NCBI GenBank assembly: GCA_018221165.1
Contig: JAAOYD010000033.1
Span: 1 to 41,779 of the forward strand
Source: Candidatus Woesearchaeota archaeon
Lineage (GTDB): Archaea; Nanobdellota; Nanobdellia; Woesearchaeales; UBA525
Reading direction: 5' to 3'
Length of the DNA stretch: 41,779 nucleotides
The translations under genes and the position numbers were made by a program. A model generated the notes under the pieces. That model did not search any database. It saw only the letters and a list, made by a program, of their open reading frames with translations, and had not been told where the DNA came from. This document shows positions 36,386 through 41,779 of the stretch, piece after piece. Each line of letters begins with the position of its first letter. Position 1 is the first letter of the stretch.

Positions 36386-37060
36386 CTATTTTAGCACGAG
36401 AATATTCCCGCGACCTTTCTTGAGTTTCTCAATCTTGCCTTTCGCTTCGAGTTCTGCAACAACAAGAGAAACTTTCGCTTCGCTGTGGGGAAGATGCTTA
36501 CGCAAATCTTTCTGCGTGATGCGGCCGCCTTCGTGTTTGATGATAGTTAGAACCTGAGCAGCCATATCTTCTTCGCCGTTGCCATTCTGCCCATTCCGGT
36601 GGTGCATGCGCGGCATGATGATGGCGAGGGAAGTAGCGAAGACGAGCAAGCCGACAAGGATGAGTGCTGGCCAAGGAAAGTCGACTTCGTTTTCTATGAT
36701 GACTGATTCCGGGTCAAGTTCTTCCAAGTCATTGAGTAAGTCTTCTTCTTCGGTGAGGTCGGGAAGGAGGAAAAGATCAAAAGTGAACTCACCATCATGC
36801 TGGACATTGACTGTTTCACGAGAGGTCATGTTCAGACCGTATTCAGGATAGGTAACGATGATTGTATATTCACCTTGCGGTACTTCAAAGCTATATTCGC
36901 CGTCGGTGCTGAGCATGCGTTGCGTTGGTTGTGTGTCAATCTCAACAAGGATGTTGGATGCGACTTCTAACTCCGCTGTGTAGATAGTGCCCTGGAGGGT
37001 TGCTGCAGTTGCAAGCGGGATAAGAAAGAGCGTCATAAGCATAAGTAAGACGGGTCGCAT
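36386..37060 (-). CDS. Membrane-tethered protein: signal/TM, extracellular beta-sandwich (CarboxypepD_reg-like), TM, cytoplasmic wHTH
   Basis: GTIYTAEL..DGEYSFEVPQGEYTIIVTY, TM helix WPALILVGLLVFATSLAII, and C-terminal VLTIIKHEGGRITQKDLRKHLPHSEAKVSLVVAELEAKGKIEK. I chose the start at MRPVLL (37060) because a TATA-like ttaaatat lies about 25-30 nt upstream, inside the longer ORF. Confidence 0.55.
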   Translation of the reverse strand: MRPVLLMLMTLFLIPLATAATLQGTIYTAELEVASNILVEIDTQPTQRMLSTDGEYSFEVPQGEYTIIVTYPEYGLNMTSRETVNVQHDGEFTFDLFLLPDLTEEEDLLNDLEELDPESVIIENEVDFPWPALILVGLLVFATSLAIIMPRMHHRNGQNGNGEEDMAAQVLTIIKHEGGRITQKDLRKHLPHSEAKVSLVVAELEAKGKIEKLKKGRGNILVLK

Positions 37061-37305
37061 AGGAAAAGCGGAGTTTCGGTGATATTTAATGGTATTGTAC
37101 AAAACAAACCCCTTCACAGTCTAAAATAATACCTACAGCTGTTTGTATCTATTTTTTCGTATTTCTAAGTTTTTTAGAGGATATTTTAGCCCCTATAAAG
37201 TTTCGTAAAGTTATTTTCATCTTTTCAAAGCGACCTCTGAAAGTATGTTTATAAGCGATAGTGCGCTAACCAAGCGTTAACGATTACCACTGAGGTGCAA
37301 ACAAC

Positions 37306-38490
37306 ATGAAGAAATTGTTCAGTATTTTGATTATCGCCATGTTCGTGATGAGCATGGTACCACTGGCATTCGCTGAGAACGAGAGCGAAGACGCAGACCC
37401 AAGTGAAGAAGCTCCGCCGATGCCGCCCGAGAGGGATCGCGAGGAGATGCAGAAACGCATCCAAGCGCGAAATGAAGAAATGAAGGAACACGCACAGCAG
37501 TTCCGAGAAAGCGTCAAGGAACGAAATGCGCAGTTCAGAGAGAACGTGAAAGAGCGCAACGAACAGTTCCGAGAAAACGTCAAGGACCGCAACGAACAAT
37601 TCAGAGAGAACGTCAAGGCACACATCGAACAGGCTCGGGAACGTAACGAGATGGCTAAGGAAAAGTACGAGCAGGCTCGTGAACGCTACAAGGAAGCCCA
37701 AGGTAAGGTGAACGAGGCTCGTGAGAAGTGGCAAGACTGTGAAGGTGACGAGAATGAAGCCTGCACAGCAGCACGCGAGAAGATTCGCGGCAACGCCAAG
37801 CCTTTCCTCGGCAACAGCGCCGACATGATTCTCCAGTCTTTAGAGCGAGTGTATGCACAAGTAGCTGGAAACGAGAATATGGATCCTGAGCGCCAGGAAG
37901 AGATTCTTGACGAGCTCGAAGAACAGATGGCTGAAGTTGAAGCTGCTAAGGCTGAAACTGAAGCTCTCGATGACAATAGCACCGACGACGAGATTAGAGA
38001 CGCTGCTGAAGGTGTCAGGAACTCATGGCAACACACCAAGGCGAAGATGAAGCGTGCCGCAGCCCATCACGCCTATGCTAGGCTTGGTAACATCATCGAG
38101 AAGCTTGAACATCTCGGAGAACGCACCGAGAATGCTATCGAAAAGCTCGACGCGAATGGCAAGGATGTGAGCAAAGCAAAAGAACTCCACAGCGAGTATC
38201 TCCGTCTTCTTGCTGAATCCCGTAGCGAATGGGAACTCGCCAAGCAAGTCTGGGAAGAACAGAAGGAAGCTGATGAAGTCGATGCTCAGGACTCAACTGC
38301 CCGTGAGCACTTCCAGAAGGCTCGTGAACTCGCGAAAGAAGCCAGAAGCAAACTTCGTGAAGTCGTGCGGGCCATCAAGGCCGCACACGGCGGCGATCTC
38401 CCTCCAGTGACTGAGGTGGAGCCAGAAGAAGAGGAAGACGACGACAGCGAGACTGGCGGCAACAAAACCGACAGTAACGAGACTGCCTAA
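37306..38490 (+). CDS. Secreted charged coiled-coil protein with 11-aa tandem repeats
   Basis: Signal-like MKKLFSILIIAMFVMSMVPLAFA, then E/K/R-rich heptad-like sequence and an acidic tail. gaggtg lies 9 nt upstream of the ATG. Confidence 0.6.
   Translation: MKKLFSILIIAMFVMSMVPLAFAENESEDADPSEEAPPMPPERDREEMQKRIQARNEEMKEHAQQFRESVKERNAQFRENVKERNEQFRENVKDRNEQFRENVKAHIEQARERNEMAKEKYEQARERYKEAQGKVNEAREKWQDCEGDENEACTAAREKIRGNAKPFLGNSADMILQSLERVYAQVAGNENMDPERQEEILDELEEQMAEVEAAKAETEALDDNSTDDEIRDAAEGVRNSWQHTKAKMKRAAAHHAYARLGNIIEKLEHLGERTENAIEKLDANGKDVSKAKELHSEYLRLLAESRSEWELAKQVWEEQKEADEVDAQDSTAREHFQKARELAKEARSKLREVVRAIKAAHGGDLPPVTEVEPEEEEDDDSETGGNKTDSNETA
37498..37629 (+). repeat. Four tandem 33-nt repeats inside the coiled-coil gene
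   Basis: cagttccgagaaagcgtcaaggaacgaaatgcg and three imperfect copies encode (Q F R E N/S V K E/D R N A/E)x4. Confidence 0.8.
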
Positions 38491-38555
38491 ACCCTTTTTC
38501 CCAGTCCTTTATAAGTAAAGTATAAAAAGGGCGAAAGGGAAAAAGGACCAGAGAG

Positions 38556-38813
38556 GTGTATACTATGAGAATACAGCTACTACTCACTATAACCGCCCTC
38601 GCACTGCTCTTGGTGGCATGCGGTGGAAAAGAGCTCGCGCCAGAACCAGAACCAATGCCCGAGCCCCCATCCGAAGTGCCATTAGCAGCAGATACTATCG
38701 ACGAGGAAACCCTAACTGAAATTGATGGTCTTGTGACGGAGCTCGACGAGCTGGATGCAGAACTGGATTTCAGCGATTTGGACGCTCTCGACGAGGAGCT
38801 TGATTTCAGCTAA
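38556..38813 (+). CDS. Small acidic lipoprotein (hypothetical)
   Basis: Lipobox-like LLLVACGG, then a D/E/L-rich sequence with ELDxxDLDALDEELDFS repeats. Confidence 0.45.
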   Translation: MYTMRIQLLLTITALALLLVACGGKELAPEPEPMPEPPSEVPLAADTIDEETLTEIDGLVTELDELDAELDFSDLDALDEELDFS

Positions 38814-38944
38814 AGGGATAAACTATTTAAACACCTGATTTCCACTAAATCATTGTCGTGTGTTAAGGCATTGTTGCTCTTTTTTTCTTATTCTTTTCAA
38901 TCCCTAGCTAGAAAGCTGTAGAATAAACGTGTTCTGAGGGGGAA

Positions 38945-39445
38945 TCAATCGTTCACAACCACATACATCATCGTAAAGAATTTCCTCGCATTCTTCACAC
39001 TCTCTTCGGCAGGAAGTTTATTGGCTTGCGACAATTTTCGATACGTGAATTTTCCTCGTTTTCCTTTTTCTTCCTTGAAGATATTGAGTAGTGTTTTTGC
39101 TTTCATTTTGAGGTCATCATATATCGCGAGGAGTTCCTTGTCGAGCACACCTGTCTCGATGAACCAAGAGAAGCGTTCATAGGTCTGCTCGTGTTCTCGT
39201 GGAGCAGTAATCTTGATTCCTTTCGAGAGTAAGTAGGCTTTCGCTGCGTAGAAGATGGAGAAATAGGATGCGCTGATCGCGTTGCTATAGAAGGTTTGCT
39301 GTTCATCTAATTCGAGAGTTCGTTTCATTCCCTCTTCTTCTGAGAGAAGAACAAGTGCATGTGCGAGGAGCGATTCATGCCTCGCCCGCCCAATATACTT
39401 CGCGACGACCCCATCCTCGTCGATAGGCTTTCTTAAGGATTTCAT
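38945..39445 (-). CDS. HEPN-domain protein (partner of the upstream nucleotidyltransferase)
   Basis: Helical ~167 aa from MKSLRKP, with a HEPN-like helix pattern (AISASYFSIFYAAKAYLLSKGI) and pairing with the MNT gene. The start is uncertain: it overlaps the MNT 3' end by 71 nt. The longer ORF-track version is rejected. Confidence 0.6.
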   Translation of the reverse strand: MKSLRKPIDEDGVVAKYIGRARHESLLAHALVLLSEEEGMKRTLELDEQQTFYSNAISASYFSIFYAAKAYLLSKGIKITAPREHEQTYERFSWFIETGVLDKELLAIYDDLKMKAKTLLNIFKEEKGKRGKFTYRKLSQANKLPAEESVKNARKFFTMMYVVVND

Positions 39446-40019
39446 AATACAACGTACAGTTGTAGAGAAGTTTATGTTTCTTTGTGATCTGTTTCCCCAG
39501 ATTTTCCTCTTTATTGACGAGCATTTCGACGAAGTCGGAAAACGTGATGTAATGTTCGTCAATCTGACGAAGATGATGGAGTTTGATGGAATTGAGAGAC
39601 GATGCGATAGCTTTCTCAGTTTCTGGTTTATCGATGAGGAAACAGATATCAATATCCGAATCGGGAGTTTGCGTTCCGTTCGCGAAGCTGCCGAAGAGGA
39701 TAAGTCCAAAGTTCTTCACCGGAACCTCTTTCACAAGCTCTCGAAGAAGACGCTGCACTTCCTTGTGGAGCGGTTCGTTCGCTTCAATATAGAGAAGGTG
39801 TTCAATGAGCTGCGGAGTGTCGAGGTCAAGCGTGTAGAAGTTGCTGTTTGCCTTCCGCTCCTCGATAAGAAAGCTTTTCTTGACGAGCTTCTTCAGGACG
39901 TTGAACACCCAGGGCTTGCTCTTTTTTCCCGAGAGCCTCATCACATCCCTGATGGCGAGCTCTCTGAATGGCTGTGCTTTAAAGGTTGCAAGCACTTGAA
40001 GTTCGTCAGGAGTTAGCAT
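39375..40019 (-). CDS. wHTH-fused minimal nucleotidyltransferase (MNT, Pol-beta superfamily)
   Basis: LILFGSFANGTQTPDSDIDICFLID is the GSxxxGx(n)SDID NTase motif. The N-terminal ~70 aa are winged-helix-like. Confidence 0.8.
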   Translation of the reverse strand: MLTPDELQVLATFKAQPFRELAIRDVMRLSGKKSKPWVFNVLKKLVKKSFLIEERKANSNFYTLDLDTPQLIEHLLYIEANEPLHKEVQRLLRELVKEVPVKNFGLILFGSFANGTQTPDSDIDICFLIDKPETEKAIASSLNSIKLHHLRQIDEHYITFSDFVEMLVNKEENLGKQITKKHKLLYNCTLYYEILKKAYRRGWGRREVYWAGEA

Positions 40020-40104
40020 ATTACTAAATTAGATAATGAACGTTATTAATAAAAGTAACGATTTTGTGACGAGAAAGAGAAGATATTTGTCCCAATGTGC
40101 TGGC

Positions 40105-40191
40105 CTATTCCGACAGACGCGCCGTTGTTGTTGAGGTTGTTGTCGAAGTTGACACCGTTGTTGTTGTCGTTCGCGACACCCAACCGGCCGC
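40105..40191 (-). repeat. DGR template repeat (TR), intergenic and AAC-rich
   Basis: Gap-free 87-nt match to 40453-40539. All 17 mismatches fall at coding-strand adenines of this copy. On the minus strand it reads GCG AAC GAC AAC AAC AAC GGT GTC AAC TTC GAC AAC AAC CTC AAC AAC AAC GGC. Confidence 0.8.
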
Positions 40192-40384
40192 CCAGGTAGC
40201 CCCTCCGCCTTTTTTTCTTTCCACCACCCATTCAGTCATGCGAAGCACGAGTAGTCTGGGTTGAATTTTATGACAGCAAGCTGCCGTAACGGAAGGACGT
40301 GTAGGTCCAGCAGTCCGCATCAATAAGCGGCATAACTGGGACAATGAGAAAAGAAAGTATTGATGTTTAAATGCCTATTGGTGC

Positions 40385-41371
40385 TTATTCGACTCGACGT
40401 TCAAGATTGCTGTCGCGAAGACCTTTAAAAAACGCGTCGAGCGCCTCCGGCGCTACCCCGACAGACGCGCCGTCGTTGCCGAGGCCGCTGACGAAGTAGA
40501 CACCGAGGCTGCTGCCGCCCGCGACACCCAACCGGCCGCTGTCCGGCAACTGGTACCCATCATGCCAAGAACCGTACTGTGTGAAGCCGAACTTCTTGGC
40601 TCGATTCAGCAAAGCGTGAGCGGGCTTGACACCGCCTGTGGCAATACTCAAATCAGGATTAACACGACCATCAACATCTCGCTGAGAAGATTGATCTTCA
40701 GTTTCAGGATTATGATCAATGAGGTGGTATCCTGACGGGCTGTTCTCCAATGCTTCCACAGCAGGACGCACGACAGCATATGCGAGATCGCCATCAAGAA
40801 CGAAACCCTGACTCGCATCCTCAAAATCCCCAACAGAGGTAAAGAAACGATTGCCGAGAACACAGTCACCAACGACACCTTCGTAGAGCAAGCGGTTCAG
40901 AGCATTCCGCTCCTTCCGATTGCTCCTATTAAACTGCAGGGCACCGCGAACAAGCGCGCCATCCTGCACTGCTGCACGAATGCGCTCGTGATCATCAGAG
41001 AAATACGGCGCATTCACGAGGTCAACAACCATGTGAGCATTCCTGACACCATACACGCCTTTTGTGTCTTTCAGGACAAGACGCTCATGGTTCATGTCAT
41101 CCCAACTATTCCATTCAGGGCTCTCTTGCCAGCTCGTGACTTCTTCTGGAACAAGACTTCGCCCATGAAGCAGGAGGAATGAAGCAACACGAGCTAAATC
41201 AGCCTCTTGAACTGCCTGAATGGAATCCGCAACACCCGTAATTCTTTGCCGATACATGCGCACGCCGCGAAGCTGAGCGCCAGTTGGTGGAGTGAAAAAA
41301 GGCCGAATCTTTTCAGGAACGCTCTGTGCGTCCGTTTGCTGTCGATCCAAGAGGAGGTATGTGTCTGCCAT
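40385..41371 (-). CDS. DGR variable (target) protein, with the C-terminal variable region probably in a C-type-lectin-like fold
   Basis: 328-aa ORF. The VR encodes GRLGVAGGSSLGVYFVSGLGNDGASVGVA about 22 aa from the C-terminus. The N-terminal 250 aa are unassigned and I see no signal peptide. Confidence 0.7.
   Translation of the reverse strand: MADTYLLLDRQQTDAQSVPEKIRPFFTPPTGAQLRGVRMYRQRITGVADSIQAVQEADLARVASFLLLHGRSLVPEEVTSWQESPEWNSWDDMNHERLVLKDTKGVYGVRNAHMVVDLVNAPYFSDDHERIRAAVQDGALVRGALQFNRSNRKERNALNRLLYEGVVGDCVLGNRFFTSVGDFEDASQGFVLDGDLAYAVVRPAVEALENSPSGYHLIDHNPETEDQSSQRDVDGRVNPDLSIATGGVKPAHALLNRAKKFGFTQYGSWHDGYQLPDSGRLGVAGGSSLGVYFVSGLGNDGASVGVAPEALDAFFKGLRDSNLERRVE
40440..40454 (-). promoter_or_regulatory. 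GC-rich hairpin at the 3' boundary of VR (candidate DGR target-recognition element)
   Basis: On the coding strand, AGCGCC-GGA-GGCGCT gives a 6-bp stem and 3-nt loop. It can be extended by gtcg/cgac (40436-40462). No equivalent is present next to TR. Confidence 0.5.
40453..40539 (-). repeat. DGR variable repeat (VR) inside CDS 40385-41371
   Basis: Counterpart of TR. It differs only where TR has A on the coding strand (17 of 25 A positions); all 62 non-A positions are identical. Confidence 0.8.
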
Positions 41372-41459
41372 GCAATATCACCATGAATAGTCTTTATCAG
41401 CGAGAGCGAATACAGAATTACTTATAAAGATTTTTATATTTATTCACTTCAAAGTAGTA

Positions 41460-41779
41460 TTATCCCTTCACAACCCCAATCGGGGTCAATTTCACAACTT
41501 TCTTCGCGATGCCAGAATCATGGCACACCTGAATAACCTGGTCAACGTCTTTGTAGGCGCCAGGCGCTTCCTCAGTGACGCCTTTCCGGGAAGCGGACTT
41601 GATGCTGATGTCCTTGTCAGCGAGATCTTTGGTGATGCCTTCCTGGTCGAACAGCTTGTTGGCTTTGAAGCGCGACATCAAACGACCAGCGCCGTGAGCG
41701 CAGCTGCCGAAGCTCTCCTTCATCGCTGTTTCTGTTCCATGCAGAATAAAGCTGTGCGTGCCCATGCTGCCAGGAATCA
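41460..41779 (-). CDS. rtcB: RNA ligase RtcB, C-terminal part (partial, continues beyond the window end)
   Basis: IPGSMGTHSFIL and GSCAHGAGR motifs. The frame is open to the window edge. Confidence 0.9.
   Translation of the reverse strand, partial: IPGSMGTHSFILHGTETAMKESFGSCAHGAGRLMSRFKANKLFDQEGITKDLADKDISIKSASRKGVTEEAPGAYKDVDQVIQVCHDSGIAKKVVKLTPIGVVKG

Noticed and set aside
40046-40344. Two ORFs across the template repeat: a 61-aa Asn-rich ORF (40046-40231) and a 79-aa Thr-rich ORF (40105-40344).
   Set aside because: They are simply translations of the AAC-rich TR in two frames. The Asn-rich frame mirrors the VR reading frame because TR is a copy of the VR coding sequence. There is no independent coding evidence, so I treat the region as a noncoding TR RNA template.
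1-41779. Scan for CRISPR arrays, rRNA genes, transposases or integrases, and long inverted repeats.
   Set aside because: No regularly spaced direct repeats, no rRNA-like segments and no recognisable transposase or integrase ORF were seen. The only notable repeats are the TR/VR pair, the tRNA 5'-end duplication, the vapB operator repeat and the in-gene 33-nt repeats.

Overview
This is a gene-dense segment of about 50% GC that I read as archaeal, probably from a small-genome DPANN-like lineage (the lineage is inference). Support for archaeal origin: ABCE1/RLI, an archaeal-type uS15, a Hel308/Ski2-type helicase, RtcB, a family-B DNA polymerase, and a tRNA-Pro with a bulge-helix-bulge intron at 37/38. 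In addition, A/T-rich TATA-like boxes sit about 22-30 nt upstream of many start codons, which suggests short or absent leaders. Housekeeping genes include trmI, ABCE1, polB, a NUDIX hydrolase, an aminotransferase, rps15, bacterial-type metK, mdh, a 2-hydroxyacid dehydrogenase, pepA, an IMPase, trxB and rtcB. Between them lie several accessory blocks. (1) Three toxin-antitoxin-type pairs: AbrB/MazF-like, VapBC and MNT/HEPN. (2) A translationally coupled glycogen operon with two unrelated glycogen-synthase families, a GH57 enzyme and a pair of paralogous small proteins. (3) An extended ArsR-CopZ-CopA copper operon with several non-canonical members. (4) A Hel308 gene that encodes only the C-terminal part of the helicase. 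(5) A 62-nt tRNA-like element that duplicates the 5' end of the neighbouring tRNA-Pro. The most striking signal is at 40.1-40.5 kb. An 87-nt repeat pair differs at 17 positions, and every difference is at an adenine of the coding strand of the intergenic copy. That copy is AAC-codon rich, and the other copy lies in the 3' coding part of a 328-aa ORF. This is the template-repeat/variable-repeat signature of a diversity-generating retroelement (DGR). No reverse transcriptase or Avd-like gene is visible anywhere in the window, and a wHTH-nucleotidyltransferase/HEPN pair sits where the RT would normally be.
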